64,000 nt of DNA from Nemertoderma westbladi. Lineage: Eukaryota; Animalia; Xenacoelomorpha. The notes under the pieces are model-generated. The model worked only from the letters and a program-made list of their open reading frames with translations, searched no databases and was not told the origin of the DNA. The stretch covers positions 1-64,000 of the forward strand of contig JAUCBJ010000150.1 in the NCBI GenBank assembly GCA_032718475.1, given 5' to 3'. Position numbers and translations under genes: made by a program. Positions 35,692 to 47,909 of the stretch are shown here, piece by piece (the first letter of the stretch is position 1; each line of letters starts with the position of its first letter).

Positions 35692-37838
35692 AATTAATAA
35701 TTAATTACACACTATAACTATTTCACAATTCTAAAACTTTCAAAATCATTTAAATACGGTAATATACTCCATTCAGGCGAATGATGTTCGCTCGTATCTG
35801 GCTTGGGTTACTGGAATACGTTCTGCCAACTCCCTGCCAGCATTAAGAGAATTAGACTTCAGGTGGTTCCACTATATCCCTAACCAGATGAATAATTACA
35901 TATCTGATATGTGGAAAAGGAGAATTTGCGCTAATTACCAGGATGACGTGGATGATATTAGATCGCCACCTCTACAACCAATAAATATGGAGTGCCGGAG
36001 AAGCGTTGAATCGTTCATACTTGGTGTCCTCTTGGGTCAACCAAATACTGCATATATGAAACTTTTATATGGTGATATAGACAACAATATGTGCTTATAT
36101 GTGGGGAACCTGAAACTGCAACACACTTTATATTTGAATGTAACTTGCCACATAAGATCACATATATCCAGTCACTCAAAAACGAACTATGGAAAAAGGG
36201 TCTAACCGAGACATTAAGTAGCTTACGGTTCTGCCGAGATACAGAGGTTATTTCTGCACTGATAGCGGTGTGCACGTGAACGTGAGGATGATTATTGAAA
36301 CAAAACAAATATCAAACAAGGAGGCGCTAAATTCACAAACATGGTCGAATAAATGTTAACGAATAACTGAACTGAATAACTTTTAATTCACTTAAAACAC
36401 ATTTTATCATTCTAATTAATAAATACGTACTGTATTTGATTTTAACTAACTATTATTGTGCCTCCATTTGATCCGCATATATGGATATTTTATTAAAGAA
36501 TTATATATATATATAATGTACTGTAATACTGTATATGAAGCCTGGAGGGCAGGAGTGTTATAATGCTTTAGGGTGATATGTACGTAGTAGGGGGAAGCAT
36601 AGAAGTATGCATTTGAACTAAGAATCATTCCTCAGTTAACTAATCTTTGAGTTTAGGTCTATGCATGAAAAGTCCCGTACTTTACAACAAATTTCAAAAA
36701 TTTTAGTTTTTTAGCAGATAAAAAGATCGGTAAGTACAGTAATTGATAACATTTTCAGAAAAATGGAAAGAATTTCTAAACTTTTCACAGACTACAGGTG
36801 TACCAAGTTTGGTTATATTTCATCAATGATTGGCGGACTTATTTCGGTTTTTATCAAAATTTTGAAACTATTAGTACCAACATACTGACTGTCTGATATT
36901 TGACCTTTGATTCCTCAAACCTCAGATTGATTCTTTCCAAACTTTTGACAGACTTCATACGTACCAGATTTGGTTTAATTTCATCTATAAATGACCGAGT
37001 TATACAGTATTAGCGATCAAAAATTAGACAGATGACAGATAACATAGAACTCCTCAAGGGGACCCATATGCTAAGACTTCGGGTCAATTTGTGGGTTGCC
37101 CCACGTTTTGCATCCATATCTTGGTTGGAAATACGTAGTTGCACTTTATTATCACTAATTATCCAGAAATTACTGTTAGGTTAAGTGTAAGAGACCATTT
37201 TAACCATAAAATTCGTACAGGTCCCTTACTTTACCTAGCAATGTCCCATACTTTACCACACACACCACACTGTAAAAAATTAGTCATATTAGTCAAAGAC
37301 ATAGTCAAATTAGGCAATTCGTCTGATATTTATATTTTTATTTAAGCTTAATAATACAGCTTTATCCTAAACATCAACTCATCACCGTAATTGCGCACAA
37401 TTCGCTAAATTTTAGAATTGAAATAAAAAAATAAAAAAAACCATTTCGTACGAATCCATACTTTACCTTAATTGGACAAGCTGGTGTTTTCTCAAAAGTG
37501 ACTAAGCCCGCCATAATCTTAGCGAAATCAAAGCTGATATTCGAAAGTTCAATCCACGCACAATTTTGTTCACATATGTGCTAACATTGTACAGGCAATC
37601 AAAGTTCAAAATTGTGTATGAATGTCCCGTACTTTACTTTGGAATGAGCCTTAGATATATTCGGTAACGACAGAACTCCAGACCAGCAATATCTGCGGCT
37701 GGGTGGCAACATCCACTGTCACACCTGACAGCCAGATACTATTGCATTGTACATATGATTATTGATATGATATTGTACTATTGCATTGTCAGATAGTACA
37801 TATGGCATAGCATTGATACTCTGCTCTGACCAAGCCGG

Positions 37839-39480
37839 TGTCACAGGCGAAAATGCCCCCCGGCGCGGAATGCCCGGGGGGGGGGGGGGGGCATATTCGC
37901 CTAGCGCCAAATGCCCCCCGGGTCATATTGGCCTAGCGCCATATGGCCCCCTACCGCGCAGAATGCCCCCCTGGTGATTTGATGGTTTGAAATGGGGGAT
38001 TCAATTGTAATTTCATTACACATTACCTTATTAATTTATTACATATCATAAGTATACCAATACGATAACCAATACAATGATACATAACAATGTACAGTGG
38101 GTGGTATTAATGTATACTTAAATACTGCCATCATACGTAATGCCCTTTCTGTAGAGTCTTTTAAGCACCAGGTTAAACAACACTTTTTGAGTCAAGTAGT
38201 GCAGTATGAACATTCAATCTGGCAATTGTAAATATTATTCAGTTATTCGGCAGTTTTTTCAGTGATCTAACAGAATGTATTTGACTGCCATTTCAATAAT
38301 TTATTTTTATTTTTTAGTTTAATTGTAATTTTATTAACATATTTAGCGTTGTAAATAATATAGATACTTGTAAGTCACCAGACTGTTTTTTTTAGCCAAA
38401 TTGTAATGTTTTCTTATTTATTTTATTAATTTTGGATTCGGTATGGGGTTTTAAGATACTGTAGATTAAATACATTAACTATTTTCCAGTCTGAATGATT
38501 GGTGCTTATTTTATTAATCTATATTTATTTTAATTGAACTTACTTCTAGTTTTGGTGTTCCATATTCGCATGTTTCACTCTTTTTTTTCTATCGCGCCAA
38601 TTTTTAAGTCTAAATAATTAATTTTAATTCATGTGTTGTCTATCGCGCACTTTTTAACACTAATTTTAATTCACTTTTTTATATTGTACACATTCTTAAA
38701 TAATTAATTTTAATTTATAAATAAATTTATGTAATTCCTACTTACACCTTATGTAATTCCTGATTATACCCTCAAAATGTTGTGATTTTATTACTGCACA
38801 TACAGGACTTCCCACTATGTTTAATAACCGATTGTTCTTAATCTAATATTTACTAGCTAGTTGTAATACCATTCGGATATTTTATCAAATTAATTTGTTA
38901 TTTTTAAGTAATTTACACGCTGCGCTCACTTTAATGCTGTGCTTTTTAAAGGGACCTCCATGGAAACGAGGTTTATCCTCATGGCTGCATGGAGCTATCC
39001 CTAACATTGTATGTCTACAAGATAATCTATATTTTATTTATGAACTATGCACTATTTCTTTTATTAAATTAAAATATTATAGTCGATTCCAAATTATGCC
39101 GGTTATTAGTGTATTATGTTATGTTTTATATGTCTTACATTTTATATGGCTTATGTACAATGTTAATAAAAAACTTCAACTTCAAACTTCATCCTGCCTA
39201 CTCCAACACTAAACACTAAGTCAACAATCGGCAATGCTGTTGAAAATTTCCATAGCAATGGAATCGCCGTTTACATCAATCTCGCATTTACCGGATTCGC
39301 ATTCTTGTTCAATATCTTTTGATTCCTTATTTTTTCTTGCCTTAGTCTTGAAGTTATCAATGGAATTGAATCGCTTCAGTTTCTTTCCGTTCACTGTCTT
39401 CTTTAGCTCTATTCCCAGGGAATTTTGCAATTTATATGTCCCCTTCGAGAGTACTTGACTGATGGTGTATGGGCCAAAGC
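37839..39480 (-). mobile_element. Ginger/GIN-like transposon 3' remnant (integrase C-terminal GPY/F module and TGT terminus)
   Basis: GPYTISQVLSKGTYKLQNSLGIELKKTVNGKKLKRF in 39221-39480; terminus TGTCACAGGCGAAAATGCCCCC with ATGCCCCC subrepeats at 37839. Confidence 0.55.
38125..39190 (+). mobile_element. L2/CR1-group LINE 3' fragment
   Basis: RNALSVESFKHQVKQHFL-like ORF end, AT-rich UTR, AATAAA followed by (AACTTC)n tail. Confidence 0.5.
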
Positions 39481-39532
39481 CACGGACGCAGAAACTTCCC
39501 TCCTTTCCTGTCATCGTCTTAGAATTTACAGA

Positions 39533-40078
39533 TTTAAAGGAGCAGGTTACAGGAGGCGTGTTCGGGGAACCAAAACAATAAACGGAAGTTAACACATGTT
39601 ACAAGATTATGCAGGTTACTTTTATTTAAAGGCTGAAAGGAGCAGGTTACAGGAGGCGTGTTCGGGGAACCAAAACAATAAACGGAAGTTAACACATGTT
39701 ACAAGATTATGCAGGTTACTTTTATTTAAAGGCTGAAAGGAGCAGGTTACAGGAGGCGTGTTGGGAGAACCAAAACAATAAACGGAAGTTAACACATGTT
39801 ACAAGATTATGCAGGTTACTTTTATTTAAAGGCTGAAAGGAGCAGGTTACAGGAGGCGTGTTGGGAGAACCAAAACAATAAACGGAAGTTAACACATGTT
39901 ACAAGATTATGCAGGTTACTTTTATTTAAAGGCTGAAAGGAGCAGGTTACAGAGGCGTGTTGGGGGAACCAAAACAATAAACGAAAGTTAACACATGTTA
40001 CAAGATTATGCAGGTTACTTTTATTTAAAGGCTAAAAGGAGCAGGTTACAGAGGCGTGTTGGGGGAACCAAAACAATA
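39533..40078. repeat. 100-bp tandem repeat, ~5.5 copies
   Basis: AGCAGGTTAC recurs at 39541, 39641, 39741, 39841, 39941. Confidence 0.95.
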
Positions 40079-40310
40079 ATTGAACCATGGAATGCGCTAA
40101 CCGACGCTGTAGTAACTTCCCCATCATTAAATACTTTTAAATCTCGCCTAAACAACCTAAACTATAAGCACTTCAATCTGAAATTTTATCCGTCGTGGTG
40201 GACCTAGAAACATTTTTCAATGCGTGATAATTGTAACTCTAAATTTAATGAATTCAATAACTTAATTGATTGGTTTATATTTAATTTCTAGTCTATAAAT
40301 TTATTTATTT
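40079..40310 (+). mobile_element. CR1-group LINE 3' end
   Basis: EPWNALTDAVVTSPSLNTFKSRLN matches the WNxLP..VV...SLN.FK.RL terminal motif. Confidence 0.6.
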
Positions 40311-42186
40311 ATTTAACCCTTTCATGCCCAAATATACGCATGAAAACCTATGGTACAGTAGGAATACTACATTTTAATTACAATATTTTAATTAAATCAT
40401 TTTTAATTGTATCAATAATATAGGAATACATAATTTATTAATTAATTTTTATTGACCATTAGGCAATAATCGCTTCACATTCGGATCTGCACGTAAGAAA
40501 TCTTTAATTAAATTTGGTATCAATTTAGACTATTTGTTATTGACATGTTTTTAAGCCTGTAGAACAATACTTATTTACAAATTTATTGTCAATATTTTTA
40601 AATACTATGGTACGTACGTTGTTTGCGACACACTAACCTACCCCGTCAGTTTTTAGTAATTCATGCATATTTTATTTAAATTTTAATTCAGTCGGTTTTT
40701 AATAATCCATACATATCTTATTCAAATTTCAATAGTTCTACCGATTCTACACTACTTTGTTTTAACCTATATTAGTTTGTTGTTTGTGCATCGCCGGTTT
40801 TTAACAGTCCTACGCTGGATTGAGTACATGTATTTCGTTGGTGTCGTATCAGGTTTTTTTTTATACTCTTCTTCAACTTCTTACTATATTTTATTAGGCC
40901 TATCCTATTACCGGTATTACATACAACATATTAATTTACTTTCAGTTCTGGTCCTATATAAAGATTGCCTTAAATTATGTCGGTGATGGGTATCTATAAG
41001 TTTATCTTCCTCTTACCCTAAACTATTAAACAATAAACGAAAGTTAACACATGTTACAAGATTATGCAGGTTACTTAATTGGGTCTTTGTTTTGTACTCA
41101 CCAACACCAAACTGTTTCTTCCTGTAAATAAACGAAGCATTTCATCGGTTAACTCCTGAAATCAAAACACAACTGAAATAATTATGTGTGTTACATTCGA
41201 GCTTAGTAATTTGTAGATCGAATGTAACATAATTGAGGTTACTTTCGATTCGTAAAAACTATATTACAGTATTACATTCAATCAGCTGATTACGTTCGGT
41301 CTGTCACCCTAGTTACCGTTACTGCTGCAATGTCAGACAGGACAGCAGGATGCAGGAATAGAATAGAGTGATTTGTGTTTATTTACACTGAATTATTTCA
41401 GTATTTGGTAGAAGAATGTACTGATGTGAGGATGTAGGCCTGGTGTTTGAGAAGGGTGCCTATCTGCCTATAGCTATGGTTAACGTTACCGTTACTTAGG
41501 CCTACTTCAGCTGTTCAGTAGTTAAAAAGGTAACTCAGTAGCTAGCGCTCTGGTCAGCTGGTCTGGTGCTGTTCTGCTGTTGTAGTCTACAGGTCTAGAG
41601 TCAGGAACACTGAACACTGGTCACAATTTGTCCAATTTACAGCCAGAATGTGTCCGCGGAAAATGCTCTCAGAGTGAAATTTCTCAATAGAAAACAATGC
41701 TAAATTTCATTTGAAAACCGGCAGTGAAATTTTAACATTGGCATTCTAAAAATTATGCCATTAGAATCGCCATAAAATTCTGTATAAATTAATTTGAGAA
41801 TTAGAATCTCATCGTTGGGATAACTATAATTAATATTAAAAGTAAAAATTGTCACCTTATGTCTGTATGTCAGTATGTGCCCAGCTTCTGCTTTGAGGAC
41901 TAACCGGTAGTGAAGTTACAGCCAAAATATGTCCGAAAATATAATCACAGCCTGTGAAGGACAAATAGTGGCTGCACGGACACTTTCTGGCTGTAAATAT
42001 GTGAATAATTTTTGGCTGAGCTTCAGCCAGAAAGTGACCAGTCAGCCAGTGTTTCAAACTGGGTCTAGTCAGGTACCATGCCGTGACCGTAGGCCTAACA
42101 GCCTAATGCATGTAGTGCGCGTGACTCTTTCTCAGTTCAGTTGATTCTCTCGGCATTCCTAATCCGGCATTTAACATTTAAATTTA

Positions 42187-43959
42187 ATGGGCACGAATTC
42201 CGATGTCGAGGCCCTCGACACGCTGCTTTATTACCTGGGAGAAATTCAACGAAGAATAACAGAGACATCCAACCACAAACCGTTGTCATCACAACGGGAA
42301 CTCACGCAACCGTTAGAGACAACCAGTAAACTCTCAGAGGACGTAAAGTTCCTAAGCGATCTGTTTGTTTCCCGTGAGTTAGTCAACACAATGCGTATCC
42401 ATAACGACGTGGTCAGTAGAGCCAGTCTCCAACCCCCGCTGACGTCATCCTCGTTACTGATACTGGAGGACGTGGCGGAGGAGTTGTACTACCTCGGTAG
42501 CGGTTCCGAGAGCGACCAACTCCTCGGGTTGCTGTCCCAACCCCATCTAGTCCGGGCACTCGACGCGCACGATCGCGTGGCCGCCGGGGATTTCTTACCG
42601 CGACTACCGGAAGTTGACGGGCCGGATATCGATTTTGGAACGCCAATGAAAATAATCAAACTCGTAAAGAGCGGAGAGCCTTTAGGAGCGACGATAAAGT
42701 TGGATGAAAGTTCCGGGAGGATTCTAATAGCGCGGGTCATGGCTGGAGGGGTGGCGGATAGGTGTGGTTTGATAGCCGTCGGGGATGAGGTTATGGAAGT
42801 TAACGGGGTCGCTGTGAAGGGGAAGGGGCCAGACGACGTGATTAAGTTGCTTGGGAACTCGCGCAACGCGATATCGTTTAAGTTGATTCCGGCTGAGGAC
42901 GACGTTTCTTATAAGGAGAGTTCTTTGGTGGTCAGGGCGAACTTTGACTACGACCCGATGGCTGACCGGTTGATTCCCTGCAAGGAAGCCGGGTTGCCGT
43001 TCTCGAGAGGCGATATTATACAGGTTGTTAGTACAGAGGATAAGTACTGGTGGCAGGGGAGGAAGCGAACCGAGTCGACGCACAGAGCGGGCTTGATACC
43101 GGGCCGCACGCTGCAGGAGAAGCGGTTGGCCCAGTCGGCATCGGAACCGGTCGTCTCCGACTCGGTTAAACCTGGGTGCACGTCCGTGGTCCGCGCGAGT
43201 CTCCGCTCGCGCTACAGCCCCCGGAAGTCGCCGCGGTTCGGACGTCGCGTCCACTCCGACTCAGGCGAGGAGCCGCCGGCCCCCGTGTACGAGGAGGTTG
43301 GCGAATTCCGGCCGCAGCGAGGGCGGTTCCGTCCCGTCGTGCTGGTCGGAGCACCGGGCGTCGGTAGGAACTCGTTGAAACAGTTGCTGATCGCCTCGGA
43401 CCCGGAACGGATTCGCGCCGTTCTTCCGCACACGTCGCGCGCGCGGAAACCCGGCGAAGTCGACGGGAAGGATTACTTCTTCGTTAGCAAGGAGTGGATG
43501 TCGGCGGAGGAGGACAACTTTCTCGAGATCGGAGAGTTTAAGAACAACTCATACGGGACGAGTGTGGAGACGGTCCGCAGTTTGTACCACGCGGGTTACC
43601 TCGCAGTGCTGAACCCCCGGCCGCAGTCCCTTAAGATACTCCGAAGGTTGCGGGACGTTAAACCTTTCGTTGTCTTCGTTAAACCGCCCACGTTGCCGCG
43701 TCTTCTCGAGTGTCGACGCAGCTCTTCCCGCTCGTCCTCGCAACACGACGCCGATTCTATTGCCTCCGTTATGAGCGAAGACGAACTACAGGATCTATCC
43801 GTTCTTTCCGAGTACATAGAAAACACCTACCATCGGTACTTCGATAAAACTATAGTTAACGATGATTTGGATACTGCGTTCGGCGAGCTGAAACTAACTC
43901 TCCTTAAACTCGAGTTGGATCCCAGTTGGGTTCCCAAGGAGTGGCTCGATCATTCCTAA
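42187..43959 (+). CDS. MPP7: MAGUK p55 subfamily member 7-like (L27-L27-PDZ-SH3-GK), uninterrupted CDS nested in an RyR intron
   Basis: PDZ IIKLVKSGEPLGATIKLDE..ILIARVMAGG (MPP7/MPP3 type), SH3 IPCKEAGLPF..WWQG, GK RPVVLVGAPGVGR/HTSRARK/YGTS, C-terminal WVPKEWL. Confidence 0.9.
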   Translation: MGTNSDVEALDTLLYYLGEIQRRITETSNHKPLSSQRELTQPLETTSKLSEDVKFLSDLFVSRELVNTMRIHNDVVSRASLQPPLTSSSLLILEDVAEELYYLGSGSESDQLLGLLSQPHLVRALDAHDRVAAGDFLPRLPEVDGPDIDFGTPMKIIKLVKSGEPLGATIKLDESSGRILIARVMAGGVADRCGLIAVGDEVMEVNGVAVKGKGPDDVIKLLGNSRNAISFKLIPAEDDVSYKESSLVVRANFDYDPMADRLIPCKEAGLPFSRGDIIQVVSTEDKYWWQGRKRTESTHRAGLIPGRTLQEKRLAQSASEPVVSDSVKPGCTSVVRASLRSRYSPRKSPRFGRRVHSDSGEEPPAPVYEEVGEFRPQRGRFRPVVLVGAPGVGRNSLKQLLIASDPERIRAVLPHTSRARKPGEVDGKDYFFVSKEWMSAEEDNFLEIGEFKNNSYGTSVETVRSLYHAGYLAVLNPRPQSLKILRRLRDVKPFVVFVKPPTLPRLLECRRSSSRSSSQHDADSIASVMSEDELQDLSVLSEYIENTYHRYFDKTIVNDDLDTAFGELKLTLLKLELDPSWVPKEWLDHS

Positions 43960-44503
43960 TTGGGTTCCCAAGTAGTGGCTTGATCATTCCTAATTGGGTT
44001 CTCAAGGAGTGACTCGATCATTCTTAATTGGGGTCCCAAGGAATGGCTCGATCATTCCTAATTGGGTTTCAAGGATCGGCTCGATCATTCCTAATTGGGT
44101 TACTAAGGAGTGGCTCTATCATTCCTAATTGGGTTCCCGAGGAGTGGCTTGATCATTCCTAATTGGGTTCACGTGGAGTGGCTCGATCATTCCTAATTGG
44201 GTTACCAAGGAGTGGTTCTATCATTCCTAATTGAGTTCCCGAGGAGTGGCTTGATCATTCCTAATTGGGTTCTCAAGGAGTGGCTCGATCATTCCTAATT
44301 GGGTTCCCGAGGAGTGGCTTGATCATTCCTAATTGGGTTCCCGAGGAGTGGCTCGATCATTCCTAATTGGGTTCCCGAGGAGTGGCTTGATCATTCCTAA
44401 TTGGGTTCCCAAGTAGTGGCCTGATCATTCCTAATTTGGTTCCCAATGAGTGACTCGATCATTCCTAATTGGGGTCCCAAGGAGTAGCTCGATTATTCCA
44501 AAT
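43927..44503 (+). repeat. 34-bp minisatellite, ~17 copies, derived from the last 10 codons plus stop of MPP7
   Basis: Unit TGGGTTCCCAAGGAGTGGCTCGATCATTCCTAAT. Confidence 0.95.
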
Positions 44504-46309
44504 TGTTTGGAATCTTTTGTAAATCCCACCCCGGGCCGGTCACATTTATTTTCTAGTGAATTAATTATCTGCATTAGATCGATTCTCTTATTTAAACGAG
44601 TTTGTTTAATCGATTATGAGTAATTATTTTTTATTTTCTTTATTCTAATTTTTGTTATTTTTACCTATTCTGGATATTAGACTAGACATATTTTTATGCG
44701 TACGGAAAAGCCACATATCACCGTTATCAACCCTCGTTTATTTCTGTAAACCCCCTCGCTGCGCTCACTTGTTATATAATCGCACTCGGTTGATAACGCT
44801 GAAAGGTGCTACTTTTCACTCAATTATGTAAATAGTTAGTTATTTCCAATTAGGTTACAACGCGAACACAAAATGTTACTAATTAGTGACAACGGTGTAG
44901 ATTGTGGGTGTCCCAAACCATGACGCGTAACTTCTTGGCCAGTCTGGCCTTAATAAATGATATCGGCTGATAAAGGACTGAGTTTTCGAACGACGATGTT
45001 TAGTTTGTTTTTTACAGTTTGTACTTAAATATATATTGGGTGAATTTGCCTTTGTAAATTACCAAATTAACTTAAATTAGTTACAATAATAGTTAGTAAT
45101 AGTTTATATTTATTTTGTCACGTTTATTAATTATTTTCTTACCAAGTAACATCTGATGGGCTACATTTAGCATCGCACTAATTACTAATATTTTGGCTGC
45201 ATTATAAACTAATTGACGGCTTTTTATTTGATTTTGTTTGAGAATGTCCCACCCGTATGTCTGTCGTGCAATAAAACAGACAATAATTACAGACAATGTA
45301 AATTAGGCACCTGTAACTAGCACTCATCCTGGATTCCTGTGGTAAATTTCGCTTTGTATTAAACTCTATTATTAGGAAATTAGTTAAATCCGTCATACAA
45401 TGTTATTACATTTATTAATTATCACCTCCATCGTTATTTATTTTTTATTATGTGCAATATATCACACCTTCACTGGCAGTAGTTTATCTTTATTTAATAT
45501 ATTATTTATTTATCTCTATTTCCTACAAACAATAATGCGAACTGTTAAGGGTTGTGCCAATTTTGTTACTGTAAATATAAAATTGGAATATGGATGTATT
45601 CAAGCTATACCGTTCCGGTATACTAGAAGTTAATTGTTTGAATCTTTAATTGACTTGAAAATGTTTGCTTCTTTTAGCAATTAATATTAAAATTAACTGG
45701 CCGCGATAATGTATAATAAGGTTTCCACTTTTCTTTTTTAATATTATGTTTTTTTGTATTATTATTTCATTTTATATTATTTTGTTATTAGTTACTTAAA
45801 TTATGTTGTGTAACATTAATGTTTTTGTGTATTTTTTGCTGTTTTATAATCTCTTGAGTATTTGAGCTGTTATATTTAAGTCGATTTGATCGATAATTAT
45901 ATTAAGTTATTAAAAACAAGACATTAGAATTAAAGCTTAACTAAAAACTTAAATAAAAACTTAACTCCTTTTTGCTGTTTAATGTTTCTTGGAAAATGGG
46001 CAATATTTCCAAACATTACGATTCATTTTCATACCTTTTTGAGTTTTATTCAAAAATATATCTATTTGATTTGGATTCAGTGGTTAATTTCTCATATTAT
46101 GACCAATACATTTCGTGGTCCTAGAAACGTGAAATAAAAAGGGCTTTATGTGATGTCGTATATAGAAATATATATGCCTATTGCCTACTGTATATGAGTA
46201 ACATCAATATGAGATAAAGAAATATCAAACGTGGCAAAAATTCGTTCACCAACAATTTACCCAACGACATGTCCGAGAATGTAGTCGTAGTGTAATACGT
46301 TTTAATATT

Positions 46310-47433
46310 AGTGTAATCTTACGTGTCGCTCTCATACCCCCCCCCCCCCCACCCCCAATATGGTGTAATCTTACGTGTCGCTCGCATACCCCCCCCCCCC
46401 CCCACCCCCAATATAGTGTAATCTTACGTGTCGCTCTCATACCCCCCCCCCCCCCCACCCCCAATATAGTGTAATCTTACGTGTCGCTCTCATACCCCCC
46501 CCCCCCCCCCACCCCCAATATAGTGTAATCTTACGTGTCGCTCTCATACCCCCCCCCCCCCCACCCCCTATATAGTGTAATCTTACGTGTCGCTCTCATA
46601 CCCCCCACTGTAGTGTGATCTTACGTCTAGCTCTCACACCCAAAATATAGTGTAATATTACGTCTCGCTCTCACACAACCAATATAGTGTAATCTTACGT
46701 CTCACTCTCACACCCCCAACCTAGTGTAATCTTACGTCTCACTCTCACACCCCCAACCTAGTGTAATCTTACTTGTCGCTCTCACACCCCCCCCCCCCCC
46801 CCCAATGTAGTGTAATCTTACGTCTTTCTCTCACACCCCCCAATGTAGTGTGATCTTACGTCTAGCTCTCACACCAAAAATATAGTGTAATCTTACGTCT
46901 CGCTCTCACACAACCAATATAGTGTAATCTTACGTCTCACTCTCACACCCCCAACCTAGTGTAATCTTACGTCTCACTCTCACACACACAACCTAGTGTA
47001 ATCTTACGTCTCACTCTCACACCCCCAACCTAGTGTAATCTTACGTCTCACTCTCACACACACAACCTAGTGTAATCTTACGTCTCACTCTCACACCCCC
47101 AACCTAGTGTAATCTTACGTCTCACTCTCACACACACAACCTAGTGTAATCTTACGTCTCACTCTCACACCCCGAACCTAGTGTAATCTTACGTCTCACT
47201 CTCACACCCCCAACCTAGTGTAATCTTACGTCTCACTCTCACACCCCCAACCTAGTGTAATCTTACGTCTCACTCTCACACCCCCAACCTAGTGTAATCT
47301 TACGTCTCACTCTCACACCCCCAACCTAGTGTAATCTTACGTCTCACTCTCACACCCCCAACATAGTGTAATCTTACGTCTCACTCTCACACCCCCAACA
47401 TAGTGTAATCTTACGTCTCACTCTCACACCCCC
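46310..47433. repeat. 37-50 bp C-rich minisatellite
   Basis: Core TAGTGTAATCTTACGTCTCACTCTCACACCCCCAACC; longer poly-C variants at the left. Confidence 0.95.
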
Positions 47434-47752
47434 ATATTTTTATACAATCATTAATGGAATCGAATATGAAACAAGTCTAGCAATCGTATTTTATGGTGGG
47501 TTATTCAGAATTGTTATTTTTCCTTTCAAACATTCTTTTGCAAACAATTTTGCATCAGTCGCTCCGCAACTATTGTCCGTATCGCACGTAACATTTGAAG
47601 GGTGGCATTATAAGGATTCATAATCTGTAATGTGGGGCAGGGAAAGGGGAAGTTGAGACTTATGGTTGGGACCAGTATGTAGTAATACTTCCACACTTCG
47701 CTTGTATTACAAACCAGCAGTATTAATAATTGATCTTGGTTATATTTTTCAG

Positions 47753-47909
47753 TGTTTTATCTTCCATTTGCACCGTGGACTGAGAGCTGGTGGCGGGATA
47801 GGCGACGAGATTGAGGATGCTTCCGGTGACGAACACGAATATCTAAGGATCCTATTCGATCTCACATTCTTCTTCTTTGTTATCGTTATTCTACTGGCCA
47901 TCATACAAG
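47753..47909 (+). CDS. RYR: Ryanodine receptor exon (pore helix, GGGIGD filter, S6)
   Basis: TTTTTCAG|[22 protein letters not shown]...[15 protein letters not shown]|GTAAAT; phase 0/1. Confidence 0.97.

Larger units (their letters stand above)
31305..35793 (-). mobile_element. Apparently full-length two-ORF LINE (CR1/L2-group-like)
   Basis: Intact ORF1 and ORF2; AATAAA plus (CTAA)n tail; candidate TSD GTATCT (31299-31304 / 35794-35799). Confidence 0.88.
28960..36430 (+). mobile_element. Degenerate 5'-truncated LINE (APE-RT-CCHC), split by a younger LINE
   Basis: AGDWNARH and SAIDF (APE) in 28996-30198; IDLEKAFDS, LPQG, KYADD in 30338-31348; CLICGEPETATHFIFEC at ~36090; stops and frameshifts. 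Confidence 0.85.
28035..37650. mobile_element. Non-autonomous TIR DNA element interrupted by two nested LINEs
   Basis: TTAG|GGCTCATTCCA ... TGGAATGAGCC|TTAG; repeated GTCCC(A/G)TACTTTAC motif and shared internal blocks on both sides (28681-28750 ~ 36610-36685). Confidence 0.6.

Noticed and set aside
41190-41310. Possible second end of the Ginger-like element (GGTGACAGACCGAACGTAAT on the minus strand)
   Set aside because: Does not match the 37839 terminus beyond a few bases; cannot be paired.
42120-42190. RyR exon splicing into MPP7 via the CTCAG/TTCAG acceptors to make a fusion protein
   Set aside because: With a phase-0 upstream exon, one acceptor hits TGA immediately and the other is out of frame with MPP7.
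42413-43826. Multiple antisense ORFs over MPP7, M6PR, CD109 and the LINEs
   Set aside because: Shadow ORFs of real coding sequence.
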